Assembly (NCBI GenBank): GCA_947177175.1
Contig: CAMWTK010000006.1
Location: forward strand, 1,039-65,038
Reading direction: 5' to 3'
Origin: an uncultured Treponema sp.
Lineage (GTDB): Bacteria > Spirochaetota > Spirochaetia > Treponematales > Treponemataceae
Length of the DNA: 64,000 bases
Shown: piece by piece, positions 1-8,766 of the stretch
Position numbering within the stretch: the stretch's first letter is position 1
Layout of the letters: each line of letters opens with the position of its first letter
Made by a program: the position numbers and the translations under genes
The notes under the pieces: generated by a model
What the model was told of the DNA's origin: nothing
Database searches by the model: none
The model's input: the letters and a program-made list of their open reading frames with translations, nothing else

Positions 1-624
1 ATTCAGTACAACTTCCCGATCGGCTTTGAGGAGATCGAGGGCATCCACAACCGCACCGACTTTGATCTCGGCCAGCACACCAAGGTGAGCGGAAAGGACA
101 TGGCGTACATCGATCAGGACGACGGCAACAAGACCTACACGCCCTATGTCATTGAGACGTCCGCCGGGCTGAACCGCAATTTCCTCGCGTTCCTGTGCGA
201 GGCATACGAAGAGGAGAACGTGGGCAAGGACGGCAAGGACGATTACCGCACGGTGCTGCACCTGCATCCCAAACTCGCGCCGATTACGGTCGCCGTGCTG
301 CCGCTCATGAAAAAGGACGGGCTTGCGGAGCGGGCAAAGGAAATCCAGCACGCGCTCAAAGAAGAATTCGTGACCGACTATGACCAGAGCGGCACGGTGG
401 GAAAACGCTACCGCCGCCAGGACGAGGTTGGCACGCCGTTCTGCGTGACCGTGGACTACGACACGATTACCGAAAAGGCCGAGGACGGCAGCGCGAACCC
501 GGATTTCAACACGGTGACCGTCCGTTTCCGTGACAGCATGGCGCAGGAGCGCGTCAAGGTGGACGAGCTGGTGCCGTTCATCCAGAACGCGATCCGCGCG
601 TACCGGCCGGTCGTGCGGGACTAG
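1..624 (+). CDS. glyQS: Glycine--tRNA ligase (dimeric type), C-terminal part, 5' truncated
   Basis: Frame open from base 1; EEIEGIHNRTDFDL, PYVIETSAG, GKRYRRQDEVGTPFCVTVDY anticodon-binding motifs. Confidence 0.95.
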   Translation: MQYNFPIGFEEIEGIHNRTDFDLGQHTKVSGKDMAYIDQDDGNKTYTPYVIETSAGLNRNFLAFLCEAYEEENVGKDGKDDYRTVLHLHPKLAPITVAVLPLMKKDGLAERAKEIQHALKEEFVTDYDQSGTVGKRYRRQDEVGTPFCVTVDYDTITEKAEDGSANPDFNTVTVRFRDSMAQERVKVDELVPFIQNAIRAYRPVVRD

Positions 625-626
625 CA

Positions 627-1391
627 ATGGAATATATCGCGCTGGGAACATCACAGCTTCTCGTGAGCCGCACGGCATTCGGCGCGATGACGCTTGACCG
701 GCTTGCCGATGCCACGGCGGCGCGGCGGCTGGTCGCACAGGCGTATGACGGCGGCGTGAATTTTTTTGACGTCGCCCGGTCGTCCCCGCAGAGCGAGGCG
801 TGGCTCGGCGCGGCAATCAAGCCGTACCGCAAGGATATTTTTGTCGCGACCAAGACGGCGGCGCGCACGATTGCCGATTTGAAAGGCGATTTGTACGCGA
901 GCCTTGCCGCGCTCGGCGTGGATTACATCGACTTATACCAGCTGGAGCGCGACGAGGGGCTGCCCGAAAAAGGCGGGGAAGACGGCCTTGTGGACGAGCT
1001 GATTGACTTGCGCCGCGCGGGGCTGATCAATCATTTTGGCGTGGTGACGGAATCTCCCGACGTTGCGGACCGCGTGGTGCGCTCGCAGGCGGGGTGGGAG
1101 ACGTTGCAGTTTCCGTTCAATGTGCTGTGCGGCGAGGTGGCGGAGACGGTCGCCGCGCAATGTGCCGAAAAAAACATCGGCTTTATCGCCATGCGACCGC
1201 TGTGCGGCGGCGTGCTGACCAATATCCCGATTTCGCTCGGATATTTGCATCAGTTTGAGCACGTCGTGCCGGTGTGGGGCGCGCGTACCGAAGAAGAGTT
1301 GCGGCAGATTCTCTATTTTGCCGAGAATCCGCCGGTCGTTGACGAGCAGTTCCTCAAAGAAGCCGAGCAGCTCCGCGCGTTCTTCAACTGA
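627..1391 (+). CDS. Aldo/keto reductase family protein with degenerate active site
   Basis: GVNFFDVA, ATKT, YIDLYQL, IGFIAMRPLCGG motifs. Confidence 0.85.
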   Translation: MEYIALGTSQLLVSRTAFGAMTLDRLADATAARRLVAQAYDGGVNFFDVARSSPQSEAWLGAAIKPYRKDIFVATKTAARTIADLKGDLYASLAALGVDYIDLYQLERDEGLPEKGGEDGLVDELIDLRRAGLINHFGVVTESPDVADRVVRSQAGWETLQFPFNVLCGEVAETVAAQCAEKNIGFIAMRPLCGGVLTNIPISLGYLHQFEHVVPVWGARTEEELRQILYFAENPPVVDEQFLKEAEQLRAFFN

Positions 1392-1394
1392 CCG

Positions 1395-2798
1395 TTATTC
1401 CGCGTCGTTTTTAAGTGATTCCGCTTCCTGCGCGTTCAGCACGCGCACGATTTTGTAGTCGCCGTCATCGGTTTCGTGCTCGCCCGTGCCGTCGGTCAGC
1501 TTGACGGCGGGATGGGTCGGGTTTCCCGGCGTGTTCTTGATGACCTGGGCGGTCTTGCCGTTTGCGAGGCAGACGAACGCGCCGATCGGAAAGAGCGACA
1601 GGCTGTGCACCAGTGCCTTGAGCACGATTTTGTCGTACTGCGGCTCGTGTTCCTTGAGCATGTCGAGCATGGCTTCGTAAGCCGTCCGCGCTTCCCTGAA
1701 ATGGCGCGGCGCGGTAATCGCCTCGAACGAGCAGGCGGCGGCGATGATTTTTGCGAACGCGGTGATGTGTTCGCCGGTGAGCTTGCGCGGGTAGCCCGAT
1801 CCGTCTTCGCGTTCGTGGTGCTCGAGCGCCGCAATCTGGACGGGCAGGGAGAAGTCGTTTTCCTTGAGGATATTGTAACTCAGAATCGGATGCACGGCCA
1901 TTTTGTCCCGTTCTTCGGGGGAGAGCGGTCCTTTGGTCATGTAGAGTTGTGGCGGCAGGCGGATTTGGCCGATTTCATGCAGGAGGCAGGCGGTGCCCAG
2001 TTCGGTCAGTTTGTCTGCGGGCAGTCGGAGCGTCATGCCGATAATCAGCGCGAGCACGGTGGAGCGCATGCTGTGGTTGACCAGAAAATGTTTGCCGCTC
2101 GCTTCGTCCGTGGGCATGATGCGCAGCACGTACTGCTGGTGTTCTTTGAGGTACGCGCACAGTTCGGTGATTTTTTCGGCGACCGCCTGCGCGGCGAGCG
2201 TTTTTTTGACCGTGTACTGCTTGAACAGCGCGTCGATGTCGTTCAGGAAATTGTTGTAAAAGGCGCGGGTCTGCGCGAGTTGCTCGTCGTCCGCCTCCGT
2301 GCCGGGCGCGGGCATTTCAGTTGGGGCTTCTGCGCCTGATTCCTCGCCGTCTGCCGCGGAATCTTCGGCAAGCGGCGAGGTGTTTCCGTCGAGTTCCGGC
2401 GGCGCGTCCAGGTTGTCGAACATGTCGTCAAGGTCGTCGAGCGCGATCGGGGTGTCCTCAGTGGGCAGGTCGGGGATGTCCGTCACCGGCTCGGGGGGCT
2501 GCTCCTTTTCGACGTGGGGCAGTCCGAGCAGGTCTTCCAGGTCTACCGTCTCATAGTTCACGTCCTGCGGAATATCTTTTTTTGCGTCGGAGGCTGCCGG
2601 GCTGCTTTCGGGCTTTTTTTCCGGGGGCTTCGGCTTTCCGTCGGAAAGCACCGCGCGGAAATTCCATTCGATGAGTGCCTTTTTCATCGGACCGCTGAAC
2701 GGGACTTCCGTATCGAGCAGCTGGAATTGTTCGTCCAGAAAAACATGCGATGAGAATGTCGTGCCGTCTTCGAGTTCGCTGATAGGATAAGAATTCAT
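1395..2798 (-). CDS. HD-GYP domain protein with acidic N-terminal linker
   Basis: LLHEIG, HHEREDGSGYP, PHFREARTAYEA motifs. Confidence 0.88.
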   Translation of the reverse strand: MNSYPISELEDGTTFSSHVFLDEQFQLLDTEVPFSGPMKKALIEWNFRAVLSDGKPKPPEKKPESSPAASDAKKDIPQDVNYETVDLEDLLGLPHVEKEQPPEPVTDIPDLPTEDTPIALDDLDDMFDNLDAPPELDGNTSPLAEDSAADGEESGAEAPTEMPAPGTEADDEQLAQTRAFYNNFLNDIDALFKQYTVKKTLAAQAVAEKITELCAYLKEHQQYVLRIMPTDEASGKHFLVNHSMRSTVLALIIGMTLRLPADKLTELGTACLLHEIGQIRLPPQLYMTKGPLSPEERDKMAVHPILSYNILKENDFSLPVQIAALEHHEREDGSGYPRKLTGEHITAFAKIIAAACSFEAITAPRHFREARTAYEAMLDMLKEHEPQYDKIVLKALVHSLSLFPIGAFVCLANGKTAQVIKNTPGNPTHPAVKLTDGTGEHETDDGDYKIVRVLNAQEAESLKNDAE

Positions 2799-2860
2799 AG
2801 TCGCTCTAGTATCGGCATGATACGGCGGCGGCTAGAGGTGAAAAATCCTGCGGGCAAAAA

Positions 2861-2895
2861 AAAACTTGAAAGACCTTACACTTCTTTCAAGTTTT
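2861..2895. promoter_or_regulatory. Perfect 13 bp inverted repeat with 9 nt spacer between divergent genes
   Basis: AAAACTTGAAAGA-ccttacact-TCTTTCAAGTTTT. Confidence 0.55.
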
Positions 2896-2904
2896 AAGTA
2901 TGGA

Positions 2905-2977
2905 GAACCGGCACACGAGGTCACTCATGCAATCGGCCAGTGCGTCTGGATGTCGTGTCGCACTGTCCTGCCGGCTT
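2905..2977 (+). ncRNA. Candidate structured RNA (three-way junction), unassigned
   Basis: CCGGCA/TGCCGG, CAGTGCG/CGCACTG and GAG/CTC stems in a GC-rich patch inside an AT-rich intergenic region; strand uncertain. Confidence 0.25.
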
Positions 2978-3041
2978 ACGTATTTATTATCGGAGCGGAA
3001 CGGAGAAACTTGAGAAAAAAGTGAAAAAAAAATCGAAAAAT

Positions 3042-3065
3042 AGTATATACTGAAGTATATACTGA
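3042..3065. repeat. Tandem duplication of 12-mer AGTATATACTGA containing palindrome AGTATATACT
   Basis: Two exact copies just upstream of lepB. Confidence 0.7.
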
Positions 3066-3074
3066 AAGAAAGCG

Positions 3075-3581
3075 ATGATGAGTGACGACAAAAAGAACGC
3101 GGTTTTTATTATCTGTATCGGGCTTGCGGTCGGCCTGTTCCTGAAACTTTTTGTGGTGGACATCCTGCATGTCTCCGGCACCTCGATGCTGCCCGCGCTC
3201 AAGGACGGGGACACACTCGTGGTGAACCGGCTGGCATACGGAATCGCGCCGCCCTACGGCGAAAAGTTGCTCGTGCAGTGGCGCGAGCCGAAGGCGGGCG
3301 ATGTCGTCATCTATCTGTACGACAACAAGATCGTGGTGAAAAGATGCGTCGCGGTGGGCGGCGACCATCTAGCATATTCGTCCGATACGGTATATACTTT
3401 TACGGCGGGTGGAAAACAGATTCCGCTGACGGACGCGCAGTACCGGCAGCTCAAGGATATTGACACCGTGCCCGACGGCTATATCCTGGCGGTGGGCGAC
3501 AATTACGAGGAATCGGTGGACTCCCGCACCTACGGATTCGTTCCGGTACGGAACGTGTTGGGGAAAGTCTTATGCAGGTGA
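3075..3581 (+). CDS. lepB: Signal peptidase I
   Basis: N-terminal TM, GTSMLPAL (Ser), VVKR (Lys), GDNYEESVDSRTYGFVP. Confidence 0.93.
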   Translation: MMSDDKKNAVFIICIGLAVGLFLKLFVVDILHVSGTSMLPALKDGDTLVVNRLAYGIAPPYGEKLLVQWREPKAGDVVIYLYDNKIVVKRCVAVGGDHLAYSSDTVYTFTAGGKQIPLTDAQYRQLKDIDTVPDGYILAVGDNYEESVDSRTYGFVPVRNVLGKVLCR

Positions 3582-5455
3582 ACCATTTTTTACGGACGAA
3601 GCGACTCATTTTCCTGGGCATCTGCGCGGTCATCTTCTCCATCGTCATTTTCGTCAAGTATGCCCGGCTCGCGTTCGTGCGGGAATCGCAGCGCATGGCT
3701 TCTCCGCCAGTCGTGCAGCGCGGGTCAATCGTTGACCGCAACGGAAAGGCGCTCGCCGTCTCGGCGAATTTCTATCATTTTGGCGTGACACCGAGCGCGA
3801 TTAAGGATATTCCCGCGTTCGCAAAGGCGGTCGCGCCCATCCTGAACGAGGACGAACAGGCGGTGGCGGCGACGGTGGCGAACGCCTCGAACGCGCATTT
3901 TGTCTACATCAAGAAAAAAATCGACCAGAACACGTGCGACGCGCTGTACGAGGCGTGCCGGAACAACGGATTTTTTGCCGCCGCACGCTTTGACCGTATT
4001 CCCGGGCGCGTCTATCCCGAAGGCGCGCTCGCTTCTCAGCTCATCGGCTATATGGGCGATTCCGGCACGGGGCTTGCGGGCATTGAGTATTCCATGCAGG
4101 ACACGCTTTCTCCCAAGGTGGCGGCGGATTTTTTGCCGGCGGACTTGCAGGGGAAGAACGTCTACCTGACGATTGACGCGAATTTGCAGTTCAAGCTGGA
4201 AAAAGTGGCGCGCGAGGCGATGACGACCACGCAGGCGGAAAGCCTCATGCTGGTGGCGGCGGAGGCGAAGACGGGCGAAATCCTCTCGTACATCAGCTTG
4301 CCGGCGGTGAACCTGAACGATTATACGCATTCGTCGAGCGAGGAGCGCATGGATCGTCCGGCGACGGAAAGCTATGAGCCGGGCTCGGTGTTCAAGGTGT
4401 TCTCCGTGGCGGAATTCTTGGATTCGGGGGCGATCAGCGACCGGGATTTGTTCCTCTGCGACGGCCGGTATGAGAAACGAACGCCGGGCGGCGAGCGAAT
4501 TGTCATCACCTGCCTTGATTATCACGGCTGGGTGAGCGCGCGCGAGGCATTGCAGTATTCGTGCAACGACGCGCTCGCGCAGATGAGCGAGCGGATTGAC
4601 TCCGAGCCGTTCCTCGCGCGCGTGCGGTCGTTGGGATTCGGCGCGCGCACGGGCGTGGAATTGCCCGCGGAGACGACCGGCTCGGTGCGCAACACGAGCG
4701 ACCGCCTGTGGTCGGCGCGCTCAAAGCCGACGATCGCTATCGGGCAGGAAATTACGGTGAGCGCGTTGCAGATAGTGCAGGCGGCGACGGCCATTGCGAA
4801 CGGCGGCGTTCCCGTGCAGCTTACGTTCATCGCAAAAGTCACGACGCATGACGGGAGCGAAACGTACAGCCATGTTCCTGTCTACCGGGATGCCGTGCTT
4901 TCTTCCAAAACGGCGAACTACCTGCTCAGCTGCATGGAAACCGTCGCGCAGAGCGGTACGGGCACCCGCGCAAGGCTGGGCGATATTTCAATCGGCGTAA
5001 AGACGGGCACGGCGCAGATGGCAGATTTGGTGCACGGCGGCTACAGCAAGACGGATTTCCTTTCCAACTGCATCGCCGTGTTTCCCGTCGAGAATCCCGA
5101 AATCATCCTGTATATCGTCATCGAAAAGGCGAAGGGCGAAAATTATGGGGGGCGGATTGTCGCGCCGGTCATCAAGGAAGCCGCGAACGAGATTATCGAT
5201 CATTTGGGCATGAACCGCGGGCGCGCGGCGAGCGTGCGGCATTCGGGGAGCATTACCATTACGGGGGCGGAGCTGCTTGAGATTACCGACGTGATTCCCG
5301 ATTTTACGGGATTGCCCAAGCGCGAGCTGCTGCCGCTGCTGTACCGCACCGACTTGCACGTCAAAATCAACGGGGACGGCTGGGTCAAGAGCCAGAATCC
5401 GCCCGCCGGAACGCCCGTCACGGAGCAGATGAACATTGAACTCTATCTGGAATGA
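3572..5455 (+). CDS. ftsI: Class B penicillin-binding protein with C-terminal PASTA
   Basis: RGSIVDRNG, EPGSVFK (SxxK), SCN (SxN), KTGTAQ. Confidence 0.88.
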   Translation: MQVNHFLRTKRLIFLGICAVIFSIVIFVKYARLAFVRESQRMASPPVVQRGSIVDRNGKALAVSANFYHFGVTPSAIKDIPAFAKAVAPILNEDEQAVAATVANASNAHFVYIKKKIDQNTCDALYEACRNNGFFAAARFDRIPGRVYPEGALASQLIGYMGDSGTGLAGIEYSMQDTLSPKVAADFLPADLQGKNVYLTIDANLQFKLEKVAREAMTTTQAESLMLVAAEAKTGEILSYISLPAVNLNDYTHSSSEERMDRPATESYEPGSVFKVFSVAEFLDSGAISDRDLFLCDGRYEKRTPGGERIVITCLDYHGWVSAREALQYSCNDALAQMSERIDSEPFLARVRSLGFGARTGVELPAETTGSVRNTSDRLWSARSKPTIAIGQEITVSALQIVQAATAIANGGVPVQLTFIAKVTTHDGSETYSHVPVYRDAVLSSKTANYLLSCMETVAQSGTGTRARLGDISIGVKTGTAQMADLVHGGYSKTDFLSNCIAVFPVENPEIILYIVIEKAKGENYGGRIVAPVIKEAANEIIDHLGMNRGRAASVRHSGSITITGAELLEITDVIPDFTGLPKRELLPLLYRTDLHVKINGDGWVKSQNPPAGTPVTEQMNIELYLE

Positions 5456-7253
5456 CAATATCGCGCTGTTCTGCGAACGTTTTCCCGCGCTCGCGCAGGC
5501 GCACGGCATAACGCCGCAGTCGGCAGAGCCGGCGGGCATTCCCTCGGTGGAATTCCTTGCGGCAAAAAACGGTCAGATGACCGCGCGGGAAGACGGTCGG
5601 TGGTGGCATTCGCAGTACGATCCGGGTCGCGAGGCCGATCAGGCGGTGGCGAACGTGAAAAAAGGCGGCGGGCATGCGTGTGCGTTCTTTTCCTGCGGGC
5701 TGGGCTATGCGCCGGTCGTCTGTGCACGGCAGTTTCCGCACGACACGATTATCATCGTTGAGCCGGACGCGGCGTATTTTTTTGCGGCGTTGCGTCAGGT
5801 GGACTGGTCGCCCGTGTTTTCCGCGTCGAACGTGGTGATTGCGTTGCAGGCGGCGGCGGACGACGTGGTTGCGCTCATAGAACGCGCGGGCGGCGTTGCG
5901 CACACGGCAATCGTCGCGAACAACAATCATCTGCGGCATGCCGCCGACTATTATGCCGGGCTGGTTTCTGCAATCGACCGCGCCAAACAGAAGTCGCAGG
6001 TGAATACCAACACGCTGGAGAAATTCTCCGCGCTGTGGATGCGGAACAGCTGCCGCAACCTGCATTATCTGGGAGAGCTGGACGGCGTGGCGCGTTACGA
6101 GCGGACGTGTCCGCCTTCGTTGGGCGCGCTCGTGCTTGCGGCAGGACCGACGCTTGCCGACGTGCTTCCGTATCTTGCCGAGCTGAAAAAACGGCTGCTC
6201 GTGATATGCACGGACACGGCGTTGCGCGCGTGCCTGCGCGCGGGCGTTGAGCCGGATTTTATCGTGCTTGTTGACCCGCAGTATTATGCCGCCCGCCACA
6301 TTGCGGGGCTTTCGTCCCCGTCGTCCGTGCTCATCACGGAATCTGCCGCATATCCGCCGGTGTTCCGTTTTCCGTGCAAGGAAATCGTGCTGTGCTCGTC
6401 GCTGTTTCCGCTCGGAGCATATTTTGAGCGGCGGCTGGGCGGAAAAGGTGCGCTTGCCGCGGGCGGGTCGGTTTCGACGACGGCGTGGGATTTTGCGCGG
6501 CTGTGCGGGGCAACGGACATTTATGTCGCGGGGCTTGATTTGGGCTACCCCGGCTTGCAGACGCATATCCGCGGCTCGACGGCGGAGGAGCGCATTTGTA
6601 CGGTCGCGACGCGCGTTGCGCCGGTGGAGACGCGCGCGCTTGCGTCGCTGTTCGGGGCGAATATGACCGTGGCGCGTGATTACGACGGCAATCCGTTGCT
6701 GACCGACGAGCGGATGCAGCTGTTCGGCTGGTGGTTTGAGCAGCGCGCGCGTTCCTGCCCGCAGGTGCGGACGTTTTCGCTTTCTGCCCGGTCGCTTGCC
6801 GTGCCGACGATTTCCGTGGCCGACGTGCGGACGGTGCTGCGTCTGCCGGAACAGTCTGCCGCGCGCGCGCAGTTTTTTTCGGCGGTGGCTCGTTCCGCGC
6901 CGGGCGATATGGCGGCGTTTGCCCGCGTGTACGACGGGCTTGCCGCCGGATTCGACGCGCTGTCCCGGCTGGCAGCAAAGGGCATCGCCGTTGCCGATCA
7001 GGCTTTGGGCGACCGCCGCAACTGCGGCGCGTACCTGCGCGAACTGGAATGCATTGACGCGGACATTCTGCACGCCGAATGCAAGGACGTTGCCGCACTC
7101 GTCTTTCCGACCGAGCGCAGGCTGAATGAAATTTTTGCGGCGGCGGGGCTGTCGTCTGATTCGGTAACCGCTTCGTTCCAGCGGTCAAAAATCATTTATC
7201 AGCTGCTGCAAAAAAGCATCGGCGACTATCAGCAGTACCTGCACAATGCCTGA
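5436..7253 (+). CDS. Motility-associated factor (Maf)/DUF115 MptE-like protein
   Basis: HSQYDPGREA, LAAGPTL, GVEPDFIVLVDPQ, GGSVSTTA, GLDLGY; TTG start. Confidence 0.75.
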   Translation: MNSIWNDNIALFCERFPALAQAHGITPQSAEPAGIPSVEFLAAKNGQMTAREDGRWWHSQYDPGREADQAVANVKKGGGHACAFFSCGLGYAPVVCARQFPHDTIIIVEPDAAYFFAALRQVDWSPVFSASNVVIALQAAADDVVALIERAGGVAHTAIVANNNHLRHAADYYAGLVSAIDRAKQKSQVNTNTLEKFSALWMRNSCRNLHYLGELDGVARYERTCPPSLGALVLAAGPTLADVLPYLAELKKRLLVICTDTALRACLRAGVEPDFIVLVDPQYYAARHIAGLSSPSSVLITESAAYPPVFRFPCKEIVLCSSLFPLGAYFERRLGGKGALAAGGSVSTTAWDFARLCGATDIYVAGLDLGYPGLQTHIRGSTAEERICTVATRVAPVETRALASLFGANMTVARDYDGNPLLTDERMQLFGWWFEQRARSCPQVRTFSLSARSLAVPTISVADVRTVLRLPEQSAARAQFFSAVARSAPGDMAAFARVYDGLAAGFDALSRLAAKGIAVADQALGDRRNCGAYLRELECIDADILHAECKDVAALVFPTERRLNEIFAAAGLSSDSVTASFQRSKIIYQLLQKSIGDYQQYLHNA

Positions 7254-7303
7254 AATCCCCGCTTTCTTCTCATAGCGGCGTTTTTTCTGCCGATAAAAAG
7301 AAT

Positions 7304-8497
7304 ATGGAAATTATCAGCTATGTGGGTGCCGTTTCGGCTGCGCGCAATGAATCGTCCCGGCCACACGTTGCAAAGCCGAGCGTTTCGTTTTCGCCCCGCA
7401 AGCCGTCGTCGTTCCGTACCAAGCGTTATGCGGCAAAGACGGACGTGCTTGCCGTGCGGAAAAGCCGGCTTTCGGCGGTGTGCAACCTGCGCCTGTTCAC
7501 GCGCGTGTCTTTCTACCGGTGGCTGCTTCCGACGCTCGCAATCTGCGCGTTCGTGCCGCCCGCACTGTTCCGTCTGGCGGACTATGCGGAGAGCCATGCG
7601 AATCCCGTCGTCTTTCCGTCGCTCCCGCAGGAGGAGCTTGACTTTTTGAACACGGCGATGGCGCGGTTTGCCATGGAGCACGGCGGCGATTCGGTCGATG
7701 AGAACGGCAACGTGCTTGCCGACGACGGGTCGGTTCTGACGGCATCGACCGTGGGCGTGGGAAAGGCGATTTCGTATGCGTCCTACACCGTGGCGGCGGG
7801 CGACACGATCAGCGGAATCAGCAAGAAATTCGGGCTGGGAAATATCTCGACGCTCATTGCGGTGAATGACATTGACAACGTGCGCTCCCTGCGCTCGGGG
7901 CAGAAACTGCGCGTGCCGAATCAGGACGGCGTGGTGCACCGCGTGGCAAAAGGCGATTCGATCAACGCGATTTCGGTGGCGTACCATGTAAGCGTGGAGG
8001 AGATTCTTGACGCGAACGACATTGAGACCATGACGCTGACCGTGGGGCAAGAGCTGTTCATTCCGGGCGCAAAAATGGACGCGACGTCGCTCAAGAAGGC
8101 GATGGGCGAGCTGTTCACCTGCCCGATCAAGGCGGCGTGGCGGCTTACTTCGCGGTTCGGCATCCGCAACGACCCGTTCACCGGCATCAAGTCGTTGCAT
8201 ACGGGCGTTGACATGGCGTGTCCGACGGGAACGCCGATTTATGCGGCGATGAGCGGAAAAGTCGTGGTGGCGGGCTGGTCAAACGTGTTCGGCAATTACG
8301 TCATCATCAACCATGAGAACGGCTATCAGACGCTGTACGGGCATCTGTCAAAGCGTATCGCGCAGCAGGGGCAGCGGGTCAGTCAGGGGACGCGGATTGG
8401 CCTTGCGGGATCGACGGGCTATTCGACCGGACCGCACCTGCACTTTACGGTGTACAAGAACGGAAAATTGGTAGACCCTTTGACCCTTTTGAAGTAA
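7304..8497 (+). CDS. LysM-containing M23 family peptidoglycan endopeptidase
   Basis: Two LysM repeats, HTGVD and STGPHLHF zinc motifs. Confidence 0.92.
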   Translation: MEIISYVGAVSAARNESSRPHVAKPSVSFSPRKPSSFRTKRYAAKTDVLAVRKSRLSAVCNLRLFTRVSFYRWLLPTLAICAFVPPALFRLADYAESHANPVVFPSLPQEELDFLNTAMARFAMEHGGDSVDENGNVLADDGSVLTASTVGVGKAISYASYTVAAGDTISGISKKFGLGNISTLIAVNDIDNVRSLRSGQKLRVPNQDGVVHRVAKGDSINAISVAYHVSVEEILDANDIETMTLTVGQELFIPGAKMDATSLKKAMGELFTCPIKAAWRLTSRFGIRNDPFTGIKSLHTGVDMACPTGTPIYAAMSGKVVVAGWSNVFGNYVIINHENGYQTLYGHLSKRIAQQGQRVSQGTRIGLAGSTGYSTGPHLHFTVYKNGKLVDPLTLLK

Positions 8498-8514
8498 GAT
8501 AGGAGTGGAGCGCG

Positions 8515-8766
8515 ATGAATATGAAAACGGTGTGCGTGTGCAAGGAATGCGGTCGGACGATTGAGGAGCAGTTCATCTATTGCCCCTGGTGCGGCGTGTC
8601 GCGTATCGGCATGAACAGCGAAGCCGTGCTGGACAGCGTGTTCCAGCAGCTGGAAGAAAAGCAGTCCGATGACCGCTCGCGCCGTCTGCGCCGTCTGGAA
8701 AGCAGGCTGGAAGGACTGGAAAAAGACCTTGATATTTTGGTGCTGAGCGCGGAGATGCATAAATGA
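8515..8766 (+). CDS. Small zinc-ribbon plus coiled-coil protein
   Basis: CKEC...CPWC, heptad C-terminus, GGAG RBS, overlaps next start. Confidence 0.75.
   Translation: MNMKTVCVCKECGRTIEEQFIYCPWCGVSRIGMNSEAVLDSVFQQLEEKQSDDRSRRLRRLESRLEGLEKDLDILVLSAEMHK

Noticed and set aside
2900-2980. SRP RNA, 6S RNA, tRNA or TPP riboswitch
   Set aside because: Diagnostic motifs (GGAAGGAAGCAGC, T-loop, GCTGAGA) are absent and the length does not fit.
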